This document shows positions 1-7,611 of a DNA stretch of 34,833 nt, one piece after another. This DNA is from a virus. Lineage: Duplodnaviria > Caudoviricetes. Where the stretch lies: the IMG/VR virus record IMGVR_UViG_3300046779_000811, positions 1 to 34,833 of that record; one strand, written 5' to 3'. Under the pieces are notes generated by a model. The model saw only the letters and a program-made list of their open reading frames with translations, was not told the DNA's origin and ran no database searches. Numbering within the stretch: position 1 is the first letter of the stretch; every line of letters starts with the position of its first letter. The translations under genes and the position numbers were made by a program.

Positions 1-1191
1 GTAACATCTTCTCCAGGAGGGTATACTGCTACAGGATCTTCATCACCACTTTCTGTGACAGGTCTACAATCAGATACAGCATACACATTTACAGTTATTG
101 CAACTAATGCTGCTGGAAACTCTGTAGCATCTTCTGCCTCTAATAGTATTACTGCAACAACGGTTCCAGCAACCCCATCTGCACCATCTGCTTCATCACC
201 AAATGCAAATCAGGATGTTATTTCATGGTCAGCACCAGCAAATGGTGGAAGTGCAATTACAAGTTATACATGGCAGTCATCTGATGGAAAGTCAGGATCA
301 ACCAGTGCAACAAGTGAAACCATTAACCAAGAAGCAGGAACGGCACAGACATATACAGTTTATGCAACAAATGCAAATGGAAATTCATCAACATCTCCAT
401 CATCAGGAAGCGTTACTACAACATTCTCATTTGCACCATTCTCAGTCTTCGGATTCTCTCCGTTCTCTGTGTTTGGATTCTCTCCGTTTGGCGTGTTTGG
501 ATTCTCACCATTTGGTGTGTTCGGATTCTCACCATTTGGATTCTCTCCGTTTGGAGTGTTCGGCTTCTCGCCATTCGGAGTTTTCGGATTCTCACCATTC
601 GGATTTTCTCCTGCAGCATACGGAATCAAGTGTATTGACGGAGAAACCTACATTAGAATTAAGCCAGGAGTTGGTTCAGAAGTAACTGATCCAGAAACTG
701 GTATTACAGTTATGAAGAACTCTAACGGTGAAACTATTGCAAAGAAGGCTAAAGACATTGTAATCGGAGATACCGTACAGTCTCTCAACTATGCTGAAAT
801 TGATCAAAGTACACCAGACTATGAGGTCTTTGCATGGAACTCAGAATCTCTTACACCAACAGGCGACACAGAGACAACAATTGTTGACATAGAAGAAAGC
901 GTTAGAAGCCAAACAGTTTGCTTCAATAACGATCAGTCAGCACAGTTCACACTTGAGCACCCAATTCTTGTTAAGAAGACTGTAGACGGAGTTTCAACAC
1001 ACGTCTTCAGCATGGTTGCAGAAGTGGAAGTTGGAAACTCAATCTTCAAGTACAATCCATCAACTGGAACACCTGAAGAGATTGTTGTTAACAGCATTGA
1101 CGTGCTTCCTGGATCTAAGACTGTTTATACATTTAGCGCTGAGCCAGCAGACTTAATCATCGCTGGTGATGTAGTTACTCACAATAAGTAG
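1..1191 (+). CDS. 5'-truncated fibronectin type III domain protein with FGFSP(FGV) tandem repeat and C-terminal Hint domain; probable virion-associated protein
   Basis: Frame is open from base 1 (VTSSPGGYTATGSSSPLSVTGLQSD), so the start lies upstream of the window. FN3 signatures: VTGLQSDTAYTFTVIATNAAGNS, ISWSAPANGGSAITSY, YTVYATNANGNS. The repeat and Hint motifs follow. Confidence 0.85.
   Translation, partial: VTSSPGGYTATGSSSPLSVTGLQSDTAYTFTVIATNAAGNSVASSASNSITATTVPATPSAPSASSPNANQDVISWSAPANGGSAITSYTWQSSDGKSGSTSATSETINQEAGTAQTYTVYATNANGNSSTSPSSGSVTTTFSFAPFSVFGFSPFSVFGFSPFGVFGFSPFGVFGFSPFGFSPFGVFGFSPFGVFGFSPFGFSPAAYGIKCIDGETYIRIKPGVGSEVTDPETGITVMKNSNGETIAKKAKDIVIGDTVQSLNYAEIDQSTPDYEVFAWNSESLTPTGDTETTIVDIEESVRSQTVCFNNDQSAQFTLEHPILVKKTVDGVSTHVFSMVAEVEVGNSIFKYNPSTGTPEEIVVNSIDVLPGSKTVYTFSAEPADLIIAGDVVTHNK
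424..612 (+). repeat. Coding tandem repeat of 24-nt and 15-nt units: FSFAP x1 and FGFSP x8, six of the nine units followed by FSV or FGV
   Basis: Direct translation: FSFAP FSV FGFSP FSV FGFSP FGV FGFSP FGV FGFSP FGFSP FGV FGFSP FGV FGFSP FGFSP (63 aa, 24 Phe, no charged residue). Third codon positions vary between units. Confidence 0.97.
631..1185 (+). other. Hint (Hedgehog/intein/BIL-like) autoprocessing domain, 185 aa, with no homing endonuclease
   Basis: Block A CIDGETYI (Cys1 at 631), KKAKDIVIGDTV, block B FTLEHPILV (TxxH), VAEVEVGNSI, block F/G VYTFSAEPADLIIAGDVVTHN. Only Lys and the stop follow. Confidence 0.88.
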
Positions 1192-1196
1192 CATAA

Positions 1197-1865
1197 ATGC
1201 GTGGGGATAGAAATCCTAAAGCATCTACTTTTTGGTTAACTTCTTCAGACTTGTCTTTTTCAGACATAGTTAACAAAAGTAACTGTAGAAGGCTGTATGT
1301 TGAATATCAATATGTTTTGTCTAACGATAAGATTAAAACTTCGGTTTTAAAACCTATTAATGACTATGCTTATAATCTGTATCCAGCACCAGATCTAGTA
1401 AAATATGAAGATGGATTTATATATTTGAGACAAAAAACTCATGCTGAGATGTGGATTAAGAAAAACTATAATGAAGGTTTTTACTTTTTAGATCGACCAC
1501 ACATTAGACAATTTTACCCCTCTTCGGAGATATTAAAAGACGATAAGTGCTTCTTGCCAACATTTAAGTTCTACTGTCCATGGTTTGTTGACATTGATAG
1601 AGAGTACGAGTTGCTGCAGGTTACAGATGTAGAGACCCCATTCCTTATTAAGGAGTTAAAGTTAAATAGGATAGATACAAATAGAGATATTCTAGAGCCA
1701 CACTTTGTGCCATTCCTATTTAAAAAAGTCGGGGATCATATGATAAATAAAGACTATGGTAAAATTAGTATAGGTACACCTATGTATGACATTAAGATGA
1801 AGGTAAGCGAGTCAGAGTATGACTTGTTTGTTAAGTTTTATAGTCAATATAGCAAGAGTAAATAA
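1197..1865 (+). CDS. Hypothetical protein, probable diverged paralog of the two downstream dUTPase-fold-like proteins
   Basis: 222-aa ORF, start uncertain. FKFYCPW, ETPFLI and YGKISIGTPMYDI correspond to LRINPMW/TVPFTL/GVIEKGTPIAQV and FGFRMHW/DLPFLV/GTIPRGTPIFQL in the next two ORFs. Confidence 0.6.
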   Translation: MRGDRNPKASTFWLTSSDLSFSDIVNKSNCRRLYVEYQYVLSNDKIKTSVLKPINDYAYNLYPAPDLVKYEDGFIYLRQKTHAEMWIKKNYNEGFYFLDRPHIRQFYPSSEILKDDKCFLPTFKFYCPWFVDIDREYELLQVTDVETPFLIKELKLNRIDTNRDILEPHFVPFLFKKVGDHMINKDYGKISIGTPMYDIKMKVSESEYDLFVKFYSQYSKSK

Positions 1866-1878
1866 AGATAGGAACACA

Positions 1879-2598
1879 ATGCCAAATATAGAGTTTCACC
1901 CTTGGAGTGAAGACGCTGAACTTCTGGTTAACAAGCCAACACCAACTAAACAAAATGTTCCAGACTGGTACAGAAAACAACCGTCATACGTTAATAAAGA
2001 TGAGTTCTTAAAGAAAGGCGTTTCTGGCTCTACGATCAAAAAGTGCATGCCTGTTTTTGATGCTATGACGGCTGGTTATACTATTTACTGTCCAGTTGAC
2101 ATTTATGTTGATGCAACTGACCCTTTAAAACTTGAGTACAATATTCCAATCGCTATTGCAGGTTTGAAGAAAGAGATTTTTACAACTCACTCTCCAGAAC
2201 AGGTTACCCACTATCCAATGGCAAGCAGTGTCCACAAGGATGTTCTGAGAATTAATCCAATGTGGTCAGTCAAGACATCTCCTGGATATAGTTCTTTGTT
2301 TACGCCACCAATGCATCAGGCAACAGTGCCATTTACTCTTGTTCCTGGAATTATTGATACAGACTCTTATATGAGTGAAGGGTTTTTGTCATTTAAGATT
2401 GATAACACATTTAAGGGAGTAATTGAAAAGGGTACTCCGATAGCGCAGGTTATTCCATTTAAGAGAGAGTCTTGGAGTAGCGAGATTATTGAGTATGAAG
2501 ATTCAAAAGAAAATCAAAAACAACAAAGAATGTTGATTAGAAGCAAATTCTTTAATTATTATAAGAATTACTTTTGGCACAAGAAGGAATGGCATTGA
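1879..2598 (+). CDS. Conserved phage protein, dUTPase-like fold (DUF6065-like), function unknown
   Basis: Start moved to ATG 1879 (AGGA upstream, no overlap). Motifs PDWYRK, TIKKCMPVFDAMTAGY, WSVKTSPGYSSLF, PGIIDTD, IEKGTPIAQVIPFKRESW. Confidence 0.7.
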   Translation: MPNIEFHPWSEDAELLVNKPTPTKQNVPDWYRKQPSYVNKDEFLKKGVSGSTIKKCMPVFDAMTAGYTIYCPVDIYVDATDPLKLEYNIPIAIAGLKKEIFTTHSPEQVTHYPMASSVHKDVLRINPMWSVKTSPGYSSLFTPPMHQATVPFTLVPGIIDTDSYMSEGFLSFKIDNTFKGVIEKGTPIAQVIPFKRESWSSEIIEYEDSKENQKQQRMLIRSKFFNYYKNYFWHKKEWH

Positions 2599-3326
2599 CC
2601 AACATAATAAGATTCTTACCAAGTGATATTGATATGTACAATAATCTGGATGTGCTTGCACCAGAGCCTGCTATCAAACATATCCCAGAATGGTACAAAG
2701 ACTTAGCACAACATTACAACACTAATAACGTGGAGTTTTTAAACCCAGTAAACGATAGGGGTACAGATGGTGCCAACGTATCAACAAAGATGTGCTATCC
2801 ATTTCGAGATGCAATGACTGCTGGATACATGTACCGTCTTACAGAAGATCTTCATGTATCATTAAATCCAGATGGCAAACCTATTATTTCTTGGGATAAT
2901 GAAAATTTTTTAATTTTAGATAAGCGGTATATTGCTGACATTCCTATTCCAAATGGATACCACCCCATACATTTTGGTTTTAGAATGCACTGGTACTACG
3001 AAACACCACCAGGCTATTCAGTTTTATTGACCCATCCAATGAATAGATTTGACCTGCCATTTCTTGTTCCTTCTGGAATAATCGAATCAGACATAATGGG
3101 TATTCCAGTTTTTGTAACATTTTTCTTAAAGAAGGAGTTTATAGGAACTATACCAAGAGGCACACCAATCTTTCAACTTGTCCCGTTTCAACGTGAAAAC
3201 TGGAAAAATGAAATATGTACAGATGAAAAAGAAATAAACAAAAAAGACTATGAACTAGAAAATAGACGTAGTAGGCTTTTTGGGTACTACAAGAAGCATG
3301 CGTGGAGACGCAAGGAATACTTATAG
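2595..3326 (+). CDS. Conserved phage protein, dUTPase-like fold (DUF6065-like), paralog of 1879-2598
   Basis: TTG start overlapping the upstream stop with AAGGA 6 nt upstream; ATG 2589 is an alternative. Motifs PEWYK, TKMCYPFRDAMTAGY, WYYETPPGYSVLL, SGIIESD, IPRGTPIFQLVPFQRENW. Confidence 0.7.
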   Translation: MTNIIRFLPSDIDMYNNLDVLAPEPAIKHIPEWYKDLAQHYNTNNVEFLNPVNDRGTDGANVSTKMCYPFRDAMTAGYMYRLTEDLHVSLNPDGKPIISWDNENFLILDKRYIADIPIPNGYHPIHFGFRMHWYYETPPGYSVLLTHPMNRFDLPFLVPSGIIESDIMGIPVFVTFFLKKEFIGTIPRGTPIFQLVPFQRENWKNEICTDEKEINKKDYELENRRSRLFGYYKKHAWRRKEYL

Positions 3327-3340
3327 TGTATAATTATAAT
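3326..3340 (+). promoter_or_regulatory. Putative -10 promoter element (tandem TATAAT)
   Basis: GTG-TATAAT-TATAAT between genes, then AAGGAGA RBS (3348-3354) and ATG 3359. Confidence 0.5.
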
Positions 3341-3358
3341 ATGTTCAAAGGAGAAAAC

Positions 3359-3982
3359 ATGAAAGAGCACAAATTTTTTGATAAGCACTTGGATATCAAC
3401 ACAGAAAATCTTGCCAAGTACTTATTGCTACAATCAGACAGAATTAAGGATGCAACCCTTCCAGGTATTAAGACACTAGGAGAAAAAGAATTCTGGGTTG
3501 AGTCAGGAAGCATTTCTACTGTAAAGTGGAGAGAGTACAATGTATTTCAATTCCTTAATAAGGATATATATAAGTTATACAAGAGCATTTCTGAGGTTAC
3601 ACGAGAGGCTTGCGAATACTATAATATCAATTTTGAAGAACAAAACTATATGGTTCAGGGATGGTTTAACGTTAACTATAATAAGACTGGTAAGTTAAAT
3701 TGGCATGATCATGGTGGACCATTTGCACCTCACTTTCATGGCTACTATTCTGTTAAGGCAGAGCCATCTGTAACATACTACAGAATCTACAACGATCCCT
3801 CACGTGAAGTAGCAAATCATAATATTGATAACAGAATGATTATTTCTGAAATGGGTCACCCACATGCACAGGCAGACTGGGACTGGGATGGTCCAAGAAT
3901 TACTGTTGCATACGACATTGTTCCTCTAGAGTCTTTGATTGCTTCAAATACATCAGAACAGCATTGGTTGCCACTACTATGA
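3359..3982 (+). CDS. Putative 2OG-Fe(II) oxygenase, HxH type (TIGR02466-like)
   Basis: Start at ATG 3359 after the AAGGAGA RBS. GWFN...WHDH...FHGYY...GHPH...RITVAYD gives an HxH...H triad and an Arg for 2OG binding. Confidence 0.7.
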   Translation: MKEHKFFDKHLDINTENLAKYLLLQSDRIKDATLPGIKTLGEKEFWVESGSISTVKWREYNVFQFLNKDIYKLYKSISEVTREACEYYNINFEEQNYMVQGWFNVNYNKTGKLNWHDHGGPFAPHFHGYYSVKAEPSVTYYRIYNDPSREVANHNIDNRMIISEMGHPHAQADWDWDGPRITVAYDIVPLESLIASNTSEQHWLPLL

Positions 3983-4614
3983 TAGAGAAGCCAAAGCATA
4001 AGTTCTTTGAAAGAACTCTTAATAATGATCTAGAAGCACTCACAACCTTTCTGTCACAAAAGATGTCAGAGTTTTCAGAAGGAAAGGTTCCAAATGTAAC
4101 AAAAGAGCAGTATGATAAACTAATTGATGATGCAGTTGCAACCAAACTTGGTCAGCACTATAACATCTTTCAGTTTCACAATAAGGAAATTCACAACCTT
4201 TATTCTGCGGTATCAGAAATGATCAAGGAAGCATGCGAGTACTACGGTATTGACTTCAAGGCAGAAAACTATATGATTCAGGGTTGGTTCAACTTTGACA
4301 GATATAAGAAACCAGAACCATTGCCAGATCGATACCTGCATGATCATATGGATGGAAAGGGTGCTCCAGACTTTCACGGATACTATTGTGTCAATGCTGA
4401 ACCATCCCACACATACTATAAGATTGGTGGCATGGATGGAGAAAGATTTGCAAATGTCAATAAAAACAATCGTGCAATTCTTTCAGAAACTGGACACCCT
4501 CATGGGATTCAAAGTTGGGAAAGGGAAGACTTCAGAATTACAATTGCTTACGATGTAGTTCCTTTAAATGAGATTCGCCTTTCACCAGAACAACACTGGA
4601 TTCCGCTTGCATAA
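3979..4614 (+). CDS. Putative 2OG-Fe(II) oxygenase, HxH type (TIGR02466-like), paralog of 3359-3982
   Basis: ATGA overlap start at 3979. GWFN...LHDH...FHGYY...GHPH...RITIAYD, collinear with the upstream gene over its full length. Confidence 0.7.
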   Translation: MIEKPKHKFFERTLNNDLEALTTFLSQKMSEFSEGKVPNVTKEQYDKLIDDAVATKLGQHYNIFQFHNKEIHNLYSAVSEMIKEACEYYGIDFKAENYMIQGWFNFDRYKKPEPLPDRYLHDHMDGKGAPDFHGYYCVNAEPSHTYYKIGGMDGERFANVNKNNRAILSETGHPHGIQSWEREDFRITIAYDVVPLNEIRLSPEQHWIPLA

Positions 4615-5471
4615 TGAAAAGTAAAATATTAGTTCACATATATTCATACAAAGACTCTGAACTAATAAATACTATAGATGCGCTTTTAGATAATGTAAGC
4701 CAAACTAACTTAGTCGATATCTACGTAGACGATCAAAATAATTTAACTAGATACGAAAAGTTTTTAAAGCACAAGAACGTATTCTATAACCCTGTATGGT
4801 GGGATGACTTGCTTAGTCCTTTATCATACAGGGCTTCTTGTGTCCACGCTAAGCAACATGAGGGCTATGACTACTTTCTATTTATATCTAGGGCAACAAC
4901 ATTAAGCAAAAATTGGGATGAAGACCTGATTTCTTTATTGCCAGAGAAAGCAGTTCTTTCTGGTAAAGGTTCGGTAGAGTGCTATGTTAAAGACAATTTT
5001 TATATTCAAAAAGACAGGTCAGATTCAGACGATATCACAAATACAGGTGTAGTTGATCAATCTTTTATTTTTGGTAGGTTTTCAGATTTGTTAAGTGTTC
5101 ACTTGCCACATGAGTTAAAATTCTTTGGTATCGATGAGTATCTGTCGATGTCATTTTTAAATCAGGGGATTGAGGTGTACAGCCTTCCTTCAAACTATTA
5201 TAACCAAGAGCCAGATAACCTAATTACAAAAGATTATGTTCCATTCTCTCTTAACCACAACTACAACCTAGTTATTGATATACTTAAGGGAAATACTACA
5301 TCAATTTTAAAGTACGAATCTCCTAATAAGTTCCTTGATAAAGTTAATATTAACGTCGAGGACCTGTATCGTCTGCCATTTGATTTTAACGATATTGAGT
5401 ATGACAGGTTTTCTGAATTAGACTTGGTTGGTGGAGTAAGGTATATTCAAAAAAGAGATAAGGTTTCATAA
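4614..5471 (+). CDS. GT60-like (Skp1-hydroxyproline GlcNAc-transferase-like) GT-A glycosyltransferase, possibly degenerate
   Basis: ILVHIYSYKDSELINTIDALL resembles the IFVSIASYRD motif; YFLFISRATTLSKNWDEDLI resembles YxLQIDSHxRFxxxWDxxLI; FIFG...LKFFGIDEYLSM...QGIEVYS resembles FGEE...THGxDxY. Confidence 0.65.
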   Translation: MKSKILVHIYSYKDSELINTIDALLDNVSQTNLVDIYVDDQNNLTRYEKFLKHKNVFYNPVWWDDLLSPLSYRASCVHAKQHEGYDYFLFISRATTLSKNWDEDLISLLPEKAVLSGKGSVECYVKDNFYIQKDRSDSDDITNTGVVDQSFIFGRFSDLLSVHLPHELKFFGIDEYLSMSFLNQGIEVYSLPSNYYNQEPDNLITKDYVPFSLNHNYNLVIDILKGNTTSILKYESPNKFLDKVNINVEDLYRLPFDFNDIEYDRFSELDLVGGVRYIQKRDKVS

Positions 5472-5514
5472 AAGAGTTTTTTGTTTAAAGAAACATAAAG
5501 TATTGGTTTAGGGT

Positions 5515-5539
5515 AGAGTTTTGCTTTTTGTAAAACTCT
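5515..5539. repeat. Inverted repeat directly upstream of the RNR -10 element
   Basis: AGAGTTTTGC-TTTTT-GTAAAACTCT (10-bp stem with one G:T pair); an extra AGAGTTTT half-site lies at 5473-5480. Confidence 0.7.
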
Positions 5540-5547
5540 GCTATAAT
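5539..5547 (+). promoter_or_regulatory. Extended -10 promoter TGCTATAAT for the RNR gene
   Basis: Perfect TGnTATAAT in an intergenic gap; GAAAGGA RBS before ATG 5581; the same 12-mer TGCTATAATTAG recurs at 20999. Confidence 0.75.
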
Positions 5548-5580
5548 TAGATCTATTCCGTTTTTGAAAGGACGAAACAC

Positions 5581-7611
5581 ATGTCAGATTTTTTTAGTTT
5601 TAGATTACCAGAGGATTTTGTAGAGAAGTACAAAAACCAAGAAAGTCCATTTGGATTTAAAGATGCAGCAGAAAACTCTCTTGGAGAAATCACTTTTATT
5701 CGCACCTATTCTCGTGTTAAGGAAGATGGAACTAAGGAACGTTGGCACGAAGTTTGTCGTCGTGTAATTGAAGGAATGTACTCAGTACAGAAGAACCATG
5801 CTAAGGAAAATCGCCTACCATGGAATGACTATAAGGCTCAAAAGTCAGCGCAGGAAGCCTTCCAGAGAATGTTTGAACTTAAGTGGACACCACCAGGTCG
5901 TGGTATGTGGACCTTCGGAACACCAATGACTATGGAAAAGCGTAACTCTGCAGCACTTCAGAATTGTGCTATGGTTTCAACAAAGGACCTAGACAAGAAT
6001 GATCCAGGAGCACTATTTGCTTGGGTAATGGATGCTTTGATGCTTGGCATTGGGGTTGGCTTTGATACTGTTGGACAGGAAAAGGGTTTTATTATCTATG
6101 CCCCTACAGAACCTGCATCGATTTATGATATCCCAGACACTCGTGAAGGATGGGTAGAGTCGGTTAGACTTTTGCTAAACTCTTACCTTCGTTCTAATCA
6201 GCCAGTACAGCAGTTTAACTACGACCTTATCCGTCCTCTAGGGGCACCTATTAAAGGCTTTGGAGGGGTTGCTAGCGGTCCAGCACCACTCATTCAACTA
6301 CATACACAGATCGATAAGGTAATCGGCGGTAGAGCAGGAGAAACCCTTGATAGTCGTGCTATTACAGATATCATTAATCTTATTGGTACATGTGTAGTAT
6401 CAGGAAACGTCCGTCGTTCTGCAACACTTGCATTGGGTGCAGCAGGAGATGAAGACTTTATTAACCTTAAGAACGCAGAAGTGTTTCCAGATAGAAACTC
6501 ATTTGACCCAGAGAACCCAGGTTGGGCATGGATGTCAAATAACTCAATTTCTGCAACAGTCGGAATGGATTACGAAAAGTATACAGACCTGATTGTTAAT
6601 AACGGAGAGCCAGGTTTTATTTGGCTTGATGTTGCTCGTAACTATGGTCGTCTAGCAGATCCTGCAGATGGAAAAGACTATCGTGTTATGGGCTTCAATC
6701 CTTGTGCGGAGCAGCCATTGGAGTCGTATGAACTTTGTACACTTGTAGAAGTTCACTTGAATCGACATGAATCCAAGGAGGACTTCCTCAAGACATTGAA
6801 GTTTGCTTATCTTTATGGTAAGACTGTTACATTGCTTCCAACACACTGGCAGCAAACAAATGGTATTATGCAACGCAACCGTCGTATTGGTACTTCTCTT
6901 ACAGGCATTGCCTCTTTTGCAGACCAAAAGGGTTTGCCAGCAGTTCGTGAATGGATGGATGAGGGCTACCAGACAATTCGCAAGTACGATCACTCTTATT
7001 CAGAATGGCTATGTGTTCGTGAATCAATTCGTGTAACAACTGTTAAGCCTTCAGGATCAGTATCAATTCTTTCTGGTGCAACTCCTGGAGTTCACTGGGG
7101 ACCAGGAGGAGAGTTCTTCCTACGTGCCGTAAGGTTTGGTGACACAGACCCAATGCTTCATTTATTTAGAGCAGCAAATTATAATGTTGAAAAAGACGTT
7201 GTTTCAGCAAACACATCAGTTGTTTATTTCCCAATCAAGTCAGGTCACCCACGATCTGAAAAGGATGTAACACTATTTGAAAAGATTGCGCTTGCAGCAA
7301 CTGCTCAAAAGTATTGGTCAGACAACGGTGTTTCTGTAACCCTATCATTTGATAAGGAAACAGAGTCAAAGCATGTTGCTCCAGCACTTCATATGTACGA
7401 AGGACAACTAAAGGCAGTATCATTTCTACCAATGGGAAATACAGTTTATCCACAACAGCCATACACTCAGATTACAGAAGAAGAGTATAATGGATATATT
7501 GGCAAATTGAAGCACATTGACTTTGGAGCAATTTACGACGGAGTAGATAATCTTGAGGCTCAAGGTGAGGCATACTGCACAACAGACTATTGTGAAATCA
7601 AGGTAAAGTAA
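5581..7611 (+). CDS. nrdJ: Class II adenosylcobalamin-dependent ribonucleotide reductase, monomeric RTPR type
   Basis: RTYSR, PPGRGMW, LQNCA, GNVRRSA, GEPG, NPCAEQPL..YELCTL (thiyl-radical Cys), RRIG, TTVKPSGSVS and the C-terminal redox pair CTTDYC. Confidence 0.95.
   Translation: MSDFFSFRLPEDFVEKYKNQESPFGFKDAAENSLGEITFIRTYSRVKEDGTKERWHEVCRRVIEGMYSVQKNHAKENRLPWNDYKAQKSAQEAFQRMFELKWTPPGRGMWTFGTPMTMEKRNSAALQNCAMVSTKDLDKNDPGALFAWVMDALMLGIGVGFDTVGQEKGFIIYAPTEPASIYDIPDTREGWVESVRLLLNSYLRSNQPVQQFNYDLIRPLGAPIKGFGGVASGPAPLIQLHTQIDKVIGGRAGETLDSRAITDIINLIGTCVVSGNVRRSATLALGAAGDEDFINLKNAEVFPDRNSFDPENPGWAWMSNNSISATVGMDYEKYTDLIVNNGEPGFIWLDVARNYGRLADPADGKDYRVMGFNPCAEQPLESYELCTLVEVHLNRHESKEDFLKTLKFAYLYGKTVTLLPTHWQQTNGIMQRNRRIGTSLTGIASFADQKGLPAVREWMDEGYQTIRKYDHSYSEWLCVRESIRVTTVKPSGSVSILSGATPGVHWGPGGEFFLRAVRFGDTDPMLHLFRAANYNVEKDVVSANTSVVYFPIKSGHPRSEKDVTLFEKIALAATAQKYWSDNGVSVTLSFDKETESKHVAPALHMYEGQLKAVSFLPMGNTVYPQQPYTQITEEEYNGYIGKLKHIDFGAIYDGVDNLEAQGEAYCTTDYCEIKVK

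Noticed and set aside
424-612. CRISPR array or non-coding repeat
   Set aside because: There are no unique spacers; unit lengths are multiples of 3 and vary mainly at third codon positions, so it is a coding repeat.
203-685. Alternative-frame ORFs over the repeat (203-685 +, 360-629 -, 416-619 -)
   Set aside because: They are by-products of a stop-poor repeat; only the FN3/Hint frame has domain motifs and synonymous-site variation.
631-1191. Mobile self-splicing intein
   Set aside because: No Cys/Ser/Thr at +1, no C-extein and no homing endonuclease; treated as a terminal Hint domain.
1879-3326. Calling these genes dut or dcd
   Set aside because: Only GIIDTD-like and GTPIAQ-like remnants are present; the full set of dUTPase motifs is not recognisable.
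5493-5508. NrdR box upstream of nrdJ (ACATAAAGTATTGGTT)
   Set aside because: Only a partial match to the palindromic consensus, in single copy, in AT-rich DNA.
5581-7611. Intein or intron in the RNR gene
   Set aside because: The ORF is continuous, of normal length for a monomeric class II enzyme, and has no Hint motifs.
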